The notes under the pieces are model-generated. The model made no database searches and was not told where the DNA came from. It worked only from the letters and a program-made list of their open reading frames with translations. A stretch of DNA of 64,000 bases, from NCBI GenBank assembly GCA_043228905.1, contig JBHGNT010000001.1:21576001-21640000 (forward strand). Reading direction: 5' to 3'. Below, in pieces: positions 11,236 to 24,166 of this stretch. The position numbers and the translations under genes are program-made. The DNA comes from Azolla caroliniana (taxonomy: Eukaryota; Plantae; Polypodiophyta). Numbering within the stretch: position 1 is the first letter of the stretch; every line of letters begins with the position of its first letter.

Positions 11236-13453
11236 CTCAAGTCCACGACTTCCTCGATTTCGCCGATGGTGTCGTTAAATGAGGCTTCTTCCATAATATG
11301 AGTCGTGAACTCTTCTTCTTCTATTATGTTTTCTTCTTTCATCATCTTCTCGAAGTCTTGTAATCGACGCTTGTCCTTCTTGTTGGGAAGTACTAGTTTA
11401 CATGTGCCACTAGGTGTGACACATGTTGCTCCTCCTCGCAATCTACGCGCTCTACTTTCTTGTGGGGACTTGTGATCGCTCGGACTATTTGTGCCCCATG
11501 CTTCAATAGTCCGCTCTAAAAATCCGAGGATTCTCCTCCAAGACTATCTCGATTTCTTTCATGATTAGCTCGCACCATTAGGAATTGAATATATCTTTGA
11601 TTGTCAAGACTCTTGATTTGCACGAAGGCTGCTCCATTATCGAACACCTTGGTCTCCATCCGGGATGATGTGACATACAGTTGACCTAGGATGATAGGAT
11701 GCGAAGCCGATTCTTGTACGAAGAACTATTGATCCATCTCCACATCCCCGATCGTGACTTTAACATTTGGACAAGCTCCGTACAAGTCTTTTGTCGCCTT
11801 TGTTGCCGCTCGAATCTTCCATCCGTGGTTTGTATTAATTGGCCATCTTCCTTTTTTGTAGAAGTCGGTTGACATGAGGTTGATCTCCGAGCCATGGTCG
11901 ATCAAGGCTACCACGATCTCTTTCTTCTCCCTGATCTTCATCGGCGTCTCCATTGTTGCTCATGCTCAATGAGGTTGAGTATAGTGGTTGTCCACCATAT
12001 CTTCATCGACTTCATCCCTTGCCATCGTTATGGCATTTGTTTTTGCTTTTTGTGGCTTCTCTTCTTCCTTGTCCGATTGTTGCCTCTTTCTCTTTACAAG
12101 CTCTACGATCGTGTCATGGAACTCCTTCTTCGTAATGCTGAGTAATTCCCTCAAGGAAAAAGTCACGTGGCTATCACGAACGCGTTCCTCGAGAATCTTC
12201 TTCAGGTCTGTCGTCTGCTCTATGTCCGACCTTAGCTTAGTGGTAGGCATAGTTCTTGTCTTCCGATCGGGGTCTTCAACACCAACCTTCACGGGTCGAA
12301 CCGTTTCTTCGACTCGTTTGCTCGACTCCCCTTTCCGGCTCGAGTCTCCTTCCTCCGTTTGTAACGCTCGACTCATTTATGCATCTTCTTTCTTTTTCGC
12401 GTTCCTTGTTTTATGTCTTTTTTATGGGCCTTGCTCTTCTATTCTTTTTCTCTTTTCTTCGACGAACACCTCGTGGTTGTCGCACGTCACTTCCGCAAGT
12501 ATGGTGTTGTCATCCACCGGATCCGACCATCCGATGATACTTTGTACACTTCGGTCCGCAACCTCTACCTCATTCGAAGTGACTTTTCCCTTCTTCTCAT
12601 ACTCGAGAACGGTAAACCAGAACTTTGCTCCCACTTTCGCAGCTTCAGTTTTGTCTTTCCCGACTCTTATTTTGGCCAACGCAGCATAATGCATCGCATC
12701 CACATGAGTCGCCTTGTCCACATCAATATTCTTTTCTTCTGGTATGCTTTGTTTGAGTGGCTCAGCTACTTTCGGTTGTCTTGTTTTCTTCGCGATAGTC
12801 GATCCCGCCAAGTCAGTGTCATCAACCCATTGACGACGCTTGTCGAGCCTATTGCATGCCCGCTTCACCGCAATCTAGTCTGCCACAAGCCCATTTGCTT
12901 GGGTATCATCTTCAAGAAGAGTCCCCAATTCTCATCTATCCTTCACGTCCACAACTTTCAAGAAGTACAAAGTCTTGTCCTCCTCAAGCAGCACTTGGTC
13001 CGTGGCGGGGAGACGACGAAACATTTGGTCGAACTCGTCGTACACCCTCGAAGCGCTCATCCTCTTATTCTTCTTTTCTATCCACTTCATCAAGGCATGT
13101 CGAGTCATCCTTGACAAATCTTCCGTCGCGAACTCCGCTAATATCACTTTGTCGAAGTCCGACCACGCTGTCTTCCCTTCTTGAAGCTCGATGACACGCC
13201 TTTGGATGTTGTTGGCGACCACTCTCTTCAAACTTGTGATTTGACGCGCTTCAGACCTGTCCCTTTGATTCATCTGCCTTCTATATGCATCAAGGAACTT
13301 CGTAATGTTCCTTCCGTCAAATTGACCCTCGATCTCAACAACACAGTCAACAGCCTTCTCCACGCTCACATCGTTGTCCCTAGATCTCATCATTTGTTCG
13401 ACGATTAGCATCATCCTTTCGAACTCTCCCGCTTGATTGCTTGAGGATGCCAT
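11236..13453 (-). pseudogene. gag: Phygy-like gag and protease (degenerate)
   Basis: ORF 12932-13504 (QFDGRNITKFL capsid-like; likely ATG at 13453), fragments 12422-12868 and 11966-12376, protease 11726-11953. Confidence 0.8.
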
Positions 13454-13500
13454 CACCAAGTATCGGTCGATCCTCGACTTGCTCCTTCCTACCACCTCTT

Positions 13501-13517
13501 TCACGTTGGGTTCACCA
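13501..13517 (-). promoter_or_regulatory. Primer-binding site, tRNA-Trp
   Basis: Plus strand tcacgttgggttcacca matches the recalled plant cytosolic tRNA-Trp 3' end ..UCACGUCGGGUUCACCA at 16/17; 10 nt from the LTR. Confidence 0.8.
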
Positions 13518-13527
13518 CTTAATTAAA

Positions 13528-14780
13528 TGTCGTGAAGATCCGTCACTACGTGCGGATCGTGAGGCGGAACCGTCGGGGTTCTAGACTGGAAGGATTCGAA
13601 GTTTGTACTAGCTTTAGCGAGAAAGTATTTAAGATAGATTGAAAGAGAGAGATTGAAATAAGATAGAATGCTTGATTTTAGATTGAGAGAGATTGAAATT
13701 GAGAGAGACATTATGATTGAACTCTTGACTTTAGATTTGAAGAACAAGATTAATACATCACCAATTGGATAACGAATTTTCTTTTTTTTTATATTAATTT
13801 CTTGATTAATACATATCTCGTTTTTCCTCTTCATCCACTCTTTTATAGATGCCCCCATGTATATGATGCTTGTGAGGGTGCAAGACATGCATGAGATGCA
13901 TGTTTGCCATTTGGTGCTCATGTATTACATGTGTTACATGATAACCATGTCACTCATTCAAGCTCTCATGTATGAGAATTTACATGTAAAAGTATAATGA
14001 TAGCAAAAACATTTTTAAAGACATGACTTGGCTTAGTGGTAAGTTCATTGCCTCTTATCTTGGAGGTGCAAGGTTCAAGCCTTGCTCACATTCCTTTTAA
14101 AACACAAAATACTATTAGGCTTTTGGTCTTGTATTTACACCGAAAATCTTCAAAACACCATGCACCGTGATCAACCGATTGATTCGTCTATCTCGACCGG
14201 TTCAATCTGATCCCGCTCTAATCCTGTCTGTTGTCGTCTTGACGGCTCCGTCCGATCGTCATCTCGCTAGTGCCATCTGGTTCCAGTTCCGTCGTCGTAC
14301 GGTTTCGTGTTTTAGTTCCGTCGTCGTCCGTTCGGGTTCGGCTCCGATTCCGTCGTCGTCCATCCAGTTCTGGCACCGTCCAAAACATTATTTGAATAAC
14401 TTGGCCGCATCCATTCATCCAAGTTATACAACCCAACCTTTTTGTGCTCCTAGCACATAAATGAAATATAAGAGATATGGCTCTAATTATATACTCTTGA
14501 ATCTTGATGTTGTCCTATCTATGTGGGATATCTCATAATTTTGTTTTTCTCTTCTTCTTCTCAAACTTACATTCACATAACTTGACATTTAGTTGTCTGT
14601 TTCAAATGTAGTAAAGTACATTCGTAAGCTCTTGAGTACCTCCATCTTTTTGTACCAAGATATTAAACTAGTATAAAATAGTATCTTCACTATTATTGTT
14701 TTATGTTGTGTGTGAAGAACCACACTCGATTTTGTACATTCCATTCAAATTTCACACCGTCAACGAAAATCTTTACGACA
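13528..14780 (-). repeat. 5' LTR of the Phygy-like element (~1.25 kb)
   Basis: Terminal inverted repeat tgtcgtgaagat...atctttacgaca (11/12); both end regions homologous to 45679-46739; inner ~700 bp homologous to 58469-59200. Confidence 0.85.
14022..14098 (+). other. tRNA-like Pol III A/B-box module inside the Phygy-like LTR
   Basis: TGGCTTAGTGGTAAG (A box), GCAAGG-TTCAAG-CCTTGC (T-arm hairpin/B box), followed by TTTT; homolog at 58957-59027. Confidence 0.65.
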
Positions 14781-17700
14781 ACGTAAAGGAGAAAGCATGT
14801 ACACTATGAAACCTTTGATGATAAAGAGGAAAAGGAAATCATGTACTCGTAGTTCCCTCCTACATTTAGGCATTTCATTTGAGTCTTATGCTTCCTAGTC
14901 ATAACTCCATGCGCCTTCAGCATTTTCATCAAAGATTCAAGAAAAAATTTCTTTGTATGTGGGATAATTTCCCTCTTTTTTCTTAGTCACAATTTTTGAA
15001 GCACACTTTTTAGCAAAAATTGAAGATGGCAAATGATAATGGTCAAAAGAAGATGATAATGACTATTTTTCTCAATTCTTGTCACTTCTACTCAAAATGA
15101 GCTCTTCAATTAAGGTTAATTCGCAATGCATCCTGGGTGTTAAACACATCATAACCTCCAACCTTATAGGACTTCCAAGTGTCATCTACTAAGAAATTAG
15201 TTTATTTTCTTCCACCTCGGTGTCTAGCAAAAATCAATCTAGTCTTCTATATTTTCTACATTTATTTATCTCTTTTACATATTTATTATTATTCCCCTCA
15301 AAACAAGGGTTTGAGTTATTTTGCCCCATGGACCCCTCAGAAGGAGGATTTGTATCTTCCAACAAACAAACAATCAGTTTTGAGCATAAACACCATTAAG
15401 GGCATCATTACCCATTTTAATTCAAATTTCTTCACTTCTTCCTCCTCTTCTTTTGTCTTTCCTATTTTCCTTAATGTAATGTATGGACATTGGATGGGTA
15501 GGTAAACATTAGTTTTTTGTATGAAAAGAGAAACCAACGTACTAAAAGGCAATTGGTTTGCATGATAAAAGTAGCGGATATAGTCCTTTCAAATTTACAA
15601 AGTCACATTTTTATGTCCTTTTCGCTTATCTAACTGTAAGTGTAGGCTCTAGACGTAATTTGAAATGAAAATGTCCTTTTTAATTATTCCATATGGCAAA
15701 AGACAAGGTTACGTGTTAGTACCATCTAGATGAAAAGAGAAAGACGATTTAAGACACTAAATTCCAACAACCAATATCTAGTACTAGAATTTGACATGCA
15801 TAGAGACATCCAATGAAAAATAAGACTAAAAGGTGCAATATTCACAAAAACATCTTTAATAATTGGTAGAGTGTCCTCTATGAGATACTAGGAAATTATG
15901 ACGAAACACCACAAAACTAAATGAATTTCTCTGAAAATTGAAACAAATTTATTTCCAAGTTTGTTCCCTTTCAACATTATTTCCAAAGATTAATGTTTAA
16001 GTGCATACGGCTTCTTTTTCTTGAATATTACGCCATCAAGTTATAATGAACAATCTTTTGACTAAGCTTGTTTTAATTCAGTGTGAAAACATTTGCAATC
16101 AGGAGAAACTACCATACATTTATTGGAATTTAGCAAGAAACCTTTACATGTATTTTTGTGAGAGATTTCTAAATAATTAATTCTAACCAAGAAGTTCAAG
16201 AAAATCAACCAACATTTTGATGAAATAAGGGCCCGTTTTCTATCTCCGATATTTTAGACTCCAAATGATTCTCAAGTGCTCTCACCTTCATTCAATATTT
16301 TATTTTAATCAACTTAATTAAGTCTTAGGATAAATGGACTTTGTTAATTAAAAAGTAACTAAACAAAGATATGAACAAAAATAAAGAAATTTGTAAAGGT
16401 ATTATTTGAGGGAGGTAATGCAAGACAACCACCTAGCAATACAAAGAATAGATGTGACATGCAATTATCATACATCAATGTGGAGTCATACGCACCTGGT
16501 TGTAATGAAATGATATTATATTAGTAACTAAATCTTTATTATTTTAATAGTACAAGATAGATATGTGTATGCCCAAAATTTCCTTTTCTTCCTTTTTTTA
16601 TTGGCACTACTTTTTGTTTTTGTAGAAATTCACACATGTGTGTGAAAATGTGAGTAGAACCACATAAACCTTGAAGTAGGGAAGATGGGATTAGATGTTG
16701 TAACAACCTCCATAGTCTTGTTGAAGTTTCACGTATAAGTCAACATGTAAATGTGCTCTTTCGCAAATTCCTTTATTCAAATGCTTGACCAGGGGTATTT
16801 TAGGAATTTAATAATTCATCCTTTTAGGAGGTCAAAACCTTGCAAGAGCGATTATCTTCAAACTAATGCTACAACAACTTGTCGTTTAAAAATGAAAATT
16901 GCATTGGCTTCCTCTTTCTTCCTTTCTCTAATAGTGATTTTGAAGTATTTTTGCAAATTAGGTATTATATCCTATGGAGAAAAGCAAAACCATGGATTGC
17001 ATGAGTCGTCGTTGTCCCATATTGCAACTTAATGAGAATGGAATGGGATTAAGACCGGTTACACCAACTCTAGTAAGTTAAAAAGGTAATTAAGGAAGGT
17101 GGCATGATAAATTCCCGAATATAAATAGTCCTTTCCCAAATGACCAAAAATTACAAGGATCCAAGCCTAGTACATGGGAGAAAAACAAACCAAAAAGAAA
17201 TATGGGAGATGTTTGGTTCAACATGACACAATTTGCTACAACAAATGAATATGTATGCAAAATCAAGAATGACTTTTTGTGTGATCAATGGGAGCTAATG
17301 GAAGCAAGAAACCATGAATGTGAAAGAGAGTGAGAGAGACTAAGAGACATTGTGTAGGCACACAAAAAAATATTCTCTATATTTTGACAACCACCATATT
17401 ACAATTTACAAGAAGTTGTACCTTATATACAACTTAGGGTTAACTTAACCCTCTTGGCTATTTAAATAAATAGTCACTACAAAAGCTCATAACACAAAGC
17501 ATATGTATGTAGCCATTAGTACACACACTATAGTTTAACACTCCCCCATAATGGGAATACACAATATAGTTGACTCAACTTGTTATAATTTGTTGGAATC
17601 TACTTCAAGCCCATTTGAGTGCACAAGATTGGAATGATTTATCAAAAGACTTTTGATCATAGCATGGAATACATTGTCGAATTTCAGAACCTTGTCAATG

Positions 17701-17904
17701 ACAAGTCTTTTCTTGGTGACACATTGCGAGACAAAGTGATATTGGATCTCTATATGTTTTGATTCCAAACGATAGACTAGACTCTTCGCTAGGGAGGTAG
17801 CACCCTAACTATCTCTATATAAGGTCAATGTTGAGTTTGGAATGATCAATCCTAACAAGTCAATTAGTTGACTAGGCCATATTGCTTCCTTGGTGCGTTG
17901 GACG

Positions 17905-18270
17905 TGTAAAGAATCGGTGATGATTCTGTGCAGCGGAACAGAAGAACTGTGTGTGTGTGTGTGTGTGTGTTGAGAGAGAGCGAGAGCACAAGGTTTTAGA
18001 AAATCAGAAAATTGTATTAGACAAGAACAAGAATGTCTAACAATTACAAAGAGAAGGAGAAGGTGCTTATGTAGTCACCTTCTCTCTAAGTTCTCTCACT
18101 AGTACCATCTCTTGGGAAAGAGGTTGTGTCTTAATAACTTAAAGAATATGTGTCATAGGATATTAACTTCTATGACACACTAGTTACTATACAATGAGGT
18201 GGGGTCTTCACACACTTGAGTATCCTAGAGTGTGTTCTCACACATGGGAAGTTGAGTTTGATTCTCAACA
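17905..18270 (-). repeat. 3' LTR of copia C
   Basis: tgtaaagaatcgg...attctcaaca; adjacent PPT caccccttcaa. Confidence 0.92.
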
Positions 18271-19147
18271 CACCCCTTCAATCACAACTTCCGCTCGTTG
18301 GATCGTCGACTGGTTCGTACTAGTATTCAGTTGTTCCTTACTCCCTCTCAAGCTTGGTTGGTTGACGGTCGAAAGACCCAGGTTTGATGTGAACTACCGC
18401 AGCTTGTCGACTCCCGGGACCTTGGTGAAGATGTCGCCTGTTTGTAGGTTCGTACTTATGTGTTGTAAGTCGACTTCTTCGCCCAGAACACACTCTCGAA
18501 TGAAGTGATAGTGCACTTGGATGTGCTTAGTCCGAGCATGGAAGACTGGGTTCCGAGCAAGATGAATACTGCTCATGTTGTCACAATAGAGGAGAATCGA
18601 ACCCTTCATGGGAATGCCCAGATCCTTCAAGATTCTCTTGAGCCAAACGGCTTCACATGCGCCGACGGCCGCACCCCTATATTCAGCTTCAGTGCTCAAT
18701 AGTGCGACTGGCGGCTACTTTTTACTACTCCATGATTTGGCGGTCGTTGCCAAGAGAGAAGAGAGAAGACGAATCCAGAAGTAGATCACCTGTCGGCCTT
18801 GTAGCCTACCCAATCAGCATCAGTGTACCCTTCGAGTTGTATCGATGTGGCCGGTTTGTAGAGGATGTTGAGGTCCATGGTTCCACTCACATATCTTAGC
18901 ACTCTCTTAGCACAATTGAGATGGATGTCTCGTGGAGTTTGTATGAACTGGCTAAGGAAGCCGACTGGGTAACTCAGGTCGGGTGGGGTAATTGTGAGGT
19001 AGATGAGGCTTCCAACTAGCTGTAGATAGAGCGTCGGCTCACATCCTCTCGTGCCTGAGTCGACATCTAGCTTTAGATTTTGATCAAGAGGGGTAGTGAT
19101 GGGCTTACACTGTGTCATCCCAAACTTGTAGAGAATATTGAGGATAT

Positions 19148-22100
19148 TGTTAGGAATATGTCCCTCTAGTGGGAGGAGGCGACTACTCGGAGAGAGCCAA
19201 CAGTCGAATACAGGGAGCAGTCGACTAGTTAGATGAGAGCCGACGGTTGAGGAGTCGACTCCGAGAGAGTTGATCGAGGTCGAAGGCATGACCAGTTAGT
19301 CGGGCCGACCGGATGGTCGATGACCAGACCGACTAGTCGAACCGACCCGACAATCGATGGATGAGTCGGCTGATTAGTAAGACTATTATTATTATTAGAT
19401 AATAATAGGAATGACAGTAGAAGTGACTACATTTGTAAATAGCCCATACAGGGTATAAGTATAAAATACACTTAGGGAAAATAGTTTGACATGTAAGAAA
19501 ATAGTGAAGAGCGTGAACATGAGGAGAGAGAGAGAGCGGCGCCATAGTTGTGTTCAGTAACAACATACGCCAAGAGCCAAGTGAGGCTGTTTTACACTCT
19601 ATGTAGAGAGTGTTGTACTTTGCTCTCGTCGTTGTATATCCATTGTATAGTGAATCTCCGTTCTCTGTGGTTTTCTCCCGTTTTAGGGTTTCCACATTAA
19701 ATATGTGAACATTGATTTCTGTGTTTCTGAGTTGTGCATTTCAACGTATTCTTTTTCTTGTGGATTAACAATTCTTTTCTCGACAAACTAGTATCAAAGC
19801 TTGAGGTGCAAGCATGGAAGGAGGTGTGAGTGGCTTCCCATGAATGATAGTTCTAAACTCTCAGAACTATGCAAACTGGAAGATAAAGATGGAGGACCTT
19901 CTCATAGTCAAAGACCTGTACAAGTCGATCAATAGAGCAGAAATACCCACGGGGGTATTAGAGTCGGAATGGAAACTTCTTAACAGAAAGGTGGTGGCCA
20001 CCATCCAACAGTGTATCGATGTAAGTGTCCTTCAACATGTGGCGAATGACACAAATGCCCACGAGATGTGGCAGAAGCTGTCAGGTTTATATGAGGTGAA
20101 GAACGCCCACAATAAAACCTCACTAATGAGAAAGATCATATGGCTGAAATACAGAGACGGTGACAACATCGTGAACACATCAACACATTCATGGGGTATG
20201 TAAATCAATTTGTTGCAACCAAGTTCCCCCTTGATGATGCTATACAGGCCATCCTATTGATTTGCACATTGCCAGATAGCTGGGAGAACCTGGTGGTTAC
20301 TCTCAGCACCTCTTGTCAAGCAGAGAACTTATCTTTACAAGCGGTGAAGACAAGAATCTTGAATGAGGAAATGAGAAGGACAACGGTGTCCTAGTCCAGT
20401 CGGAGTCAAATTTGACTCAACACATCGGAAGAGGAAGGAATTGGCAAAGTCCACCAAGGAGAGAAAAGTCTCAAGCTAGGTCGAAGTCCAAAGGAAAGCT
20501 CGTGTGCTTTTATTGTGGAAAGCCTGGACATTTCCAGAAGGACTGTCAACACCTTAAAAAGGAAAAGAGTGTCGGTAATCATGTCAAACCCAGGAAGATT
20601 CCTGAAGAAAATAACAATTCAGCCATTGCTACGAGCAATGAAGAACTTTTGTTCATTTGTGAACAGACAAGTGCAAATCTTGCAAGCGAAGAATGCACTT
20701 GGGTGATCAACTCCGGTGCATCCTTCCACATAACTCCATCGAGAGAGTATTTCTCGACTTACATAGTTGGTGATCATGGTTATGTGAAGATGGGTGACAG
20801 TGGGGAGTGCAAGATAGCCGGAATCGGAAGTGTCTGCATGACGACGTCAACAAGGTGTTCGACACGTCCCTGATATCAAATTGAATCTGATATCGACTGG
20901 AAGACTGGATGACGAAGGCTACAATGGTAGTTTTCGGAATGGCAAGTGGAAGTTCTACTGAGGAAATCTTATAGTGGCCCGAGCACAGAACGAAGGCACA
21001 TTGTATATGATGCAAGCCCGACTGTGCAAGTCGGAAGTGAATGTGGTAGCCGACTCGGCAGGACTGATATGTCATAAGAGGCTAGGACACATGAGTGAGA
21101 AGGGTTTGAATATATTAGCCGACCAGAAACTTCTACAAGAGGTAAAGGGAGTGCACCTGGAGAAGTGCATCGACTGCTTAGTAGAAAAGCAGAACAGAGC
21201 AGCATTCCATACATGGCCACCAAGAAGAAGAGAAGCTGCACTGGAATTACTACACACGAATGTGTGTTATGTAGATGTTCCGTTGCATCGAGGTGGATAG
21301 TACTTTGTGACTTTCATCGACGACTATAGTCGGAAGTTGTGGGCTTTCGTACTAAAGTCAAAAGATCAAGTACTGTCATTTTTCAAGGAGTTCCAAGCAA
21401 GAGCTAAATGGGAGTTAGGTCGGAAGTTGAAGGTTGTCCGAACCGACAATGATTGTGAATATAAAGGGCAGTTTGAGGAATATTGCAAGGCCCAAGGTAT
21501 TCGAATCGGGTACTCGGAAGATGAGTTTGGTTATAGGCTATGGGACCTAGTCGACAAGAAGGTAGTGAGGAGTCGGGACGTAGTCTTCTTGGAAGACAAG
21601 ACCATAGAGGACTAGAAGCAACAGAAGTCGGAATCGACTAACCAGTCAACCTCCACTACTATAGACTTGAGGCCATGTGAACCATCACAGTCAGTTGTTC
21701 GGAGATAGCCAGTCGGCACAGGCGAATCCGAGTCGGTCAACTCGGAGAGACCAACCAACTATGAGTTTGAGTCGGCAGATCTATCAAAGTTTATCGATGA
21801 ATACAAATCGGAGTCAGTGGACATCCAACAACTGATCGACATGAACAAACCGAGAGAAGAGTTGGCAAAGACATCCGAACGAGGGCCAACAATGAGTGGA
21901 AGGAGATACCCATTCAAAGAAAGGAGAGCACCGACAACATATGACAGTCAATACATCCATTTGAATGATGAAGGTGAGCCAGAGTGCTATGATGGAGCCA
22001 TTGTCAATGAGCACGGAGAGAAATGGTTGAGCGCGATGCAAGATGAGATGGACTCCTTGCACGAAAACTACACCTACAACCTGGTAGAATTACCGAAAGG

Positions 22101-24166
22101 TAAGAGTGCACTCAGGAATAAATTGGTCTACAAGGTGAAGATTGGAGAGGTCAACAGTGTGCCCAAGTATAAAGCCTGCATTGTGATGAAGGGTTTCCAA
22201 CAAAGAAAGGGTGTCAACTTCGATGAAATATTCGCTCCAGTCGTGAAGATGACATCCATTAGAACTGTTCTGAGCATAGCTGCCAGTATGAATATGAAGA
22301 ACGAACAGTTGGATGTCAAGATGACATTCTTGCATGGGGAACTGGATGAAGAGATCTACATGTAGTAGCCCGAAGGCTTTGTGGAGAAAGGGAAAGAGAA
22401 TCTGGTGTGTCGACTAAAGAAAAGCTTGTATGGTCTGAAACAAGCTCCACGCTAGTGGTACAAGAAGTTTGAATCCTTCATGGTGGAACATGGGCTCCAG
22501 AAAACACAGGCAGATCACTATGTGTTCATCAAAAGGTATGAAGAATGTGATTTCTTGATTCTCTTATTATATGTAGACGACATGTTGATAGTCGGTCAAG
22601 ACACAAGGAAGATCATAAGCTTAAAGAAGGCTCTAGGCAAATTGTTTGCCACGAAAGATCTTGGACCGGCTAAACAGACCTTGGGGATGCACATACTTCA
22701 AGACAGAGCTAAGAAAGTGTTGTGGTTGTCACAACAAAAGTATGTGACAAAGAACCTAGAAAGGTTCAACATGTAAGAGGCAAAGCTAGTCGGCTCGGTG
22801 TTGCCGAAAAACTACAAGTTAAATGCCAAGCAATGCAAGAGAAGGGAGAAAGAAAAGGCTGAGATGAAGAAAGTATTGTATGCCTCAGCCGTCGGCAGCT
22901 TAATGTATGCTATGGTCTGTACGAGATAAGACATAGCATTTGTTGTGGGAACAATAAGCTTATATATGAGTAATCCAGGATGAGAACACTAGGCAGTGGT
23001 GAAATGGATACTCGAGTACTTAAAAGGCACCTTGGGTGTGTGTCTTAAGTATGGTGTCGAAAAACCCATGCTTGAAGGGTTTACCGACTCGGACATGTTG
23101 GGGGATGTAGACTCAAGCCGATCCACGTCAGGCTACGTGATGACCTATGCAGGGGAGCAGTGTCGTGGCAGTCATGACTATAGAAGTCTGTGGCCTTGTA
23201 AACCACAGAGGCAGAGTACATGGCAATAGTAGAGGCCGGCAAGGAGCTAATCAAGATGAGAAACTTTCTCAGCGAGTTGGGGATGAAGCAAAGGTATTTC
23301 TTGCTTCATTGGGACAGCCAGAGTGCCACTCCCAGCCAAGAATGTTGCATACCACTCCCAGACCAAGCACATACAAAGAAGGTATCACTGGTTGTAGGAG
23401 AAAGTCGAAGAAGGAGAGTTTACCCTCGTGAAGATCCATACTGACGATAATGGATTTGACATGCTGACAAAGCACCTATCGATGGACCGACTCAAAGTTT
23501 GTCGACAGAGGACAGGAATAACGGACTCCTCCCCCTAGGAGTGAAGGGGGAGTTTGTTAGGAATATGTCCCTCCAGTGGGAGGAGCCGACTCCTTGGAGA
23601 GAGCCGAAAATCAAATACATGGAGCAGTCGACTGGTCAGATGAGAGCTACCGGTTGAGGAGTCGACTCCGAGAGAGTTGATCGAGGTCGAAGACACGACT
23701 GGTTAGTTAGGCCGACCGGATGGTCGATGACCAGGCCGACTAGTCGAACAGACCCGAATGTTGACGGATGAGTCGGTTGATTAGTAAGACTATTATTATT
23801 ATTAGATAATAATATGAATGACAATAGAAGTGGCTACATTTGTAAAATACACTTAGGGCAAACAGTTTGACATGTAAGAAAATAGTGAAGGGTGTGAACA
23901 TGAGGAGAGAGAGAGAGCGGCGCCATAGCTATGTTTAGTAACAGCATATGTCAAGACCCCTATGAGGCTGTTTTACACTCTATGTAGAGAGTGTTGTACT
24001 CTGATCTCATCATTGTATATCCATTGTATAGTGAAGCTACGTTCTGTGTGGTTTTCTCATATTTTAGGGTTTCCACGTTAAATCTATGTACATTGTTTTT
24101 TGTGTTTCAGAGATGCGTATTTCAACGTATTCTTTTTCGGATGGATTGACGATTCGTTTCTCGACT
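19148..24166 (+). mobile_element. Tnt1/Tork-like copia, both LTRs present, 5-bp TSD GATAT, inserted in the RT of copia C
   Basis: LTRs 19148-19785 and 23555-24166; degenerate PBS tagtatcaaagc 19789-19800; PPT gtgaagggggag; GATAT at 19143-19147 and 24167-24171. Confidence 0.95.
19814..23540 (+). pseudogene. Tnt1-like gag-pol (many stops; integrase core internally deleted)
   Basis: NYANWKIKMEDLL, CFYCGKPGHFQKDC, INSGASFH, FIDDYSR, QLDVKMTFLHG, LYVDDML, GFTDSD. Confidence 0.9.

Larger units (their letters stand above)
2587..14780 (-). mobile_element. Non-chromovirus Ty3/gypsy element (Phygy-like), interrupted by chromovirus 1 at 5532-11230 and by copia A at 2586
   Basis: Minus-strand order LTR, tRNA-Trp PBS, gag, PR (ALIDHGSEINLM), RT (LPQG..FLDD), RH (VTVDTS), INT (GHRG..CEICQ, YNPEANGRIER). 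Confidence 0.88.

Noticed and set aside
11988-13114. Two 233-aa plus-strand hydrophobic/Ser-rich ORFs
   Set aside because: Antisense to the K/E-rich gypsy gag.
14022-14098. Functional tRNA gene (also 5538-5610, 58957-59027)
   Set aside because: Acceptor and anticodon stems are poor and the sequences lie inside LTRs; kept only as tRNA-like modules.
14781-17250. AT-rich tract with short ORFs; faint KCL..GG..EY integrase-like trace near 14845-14890
   Set aside because: Too decayed to call; no supportable gene.
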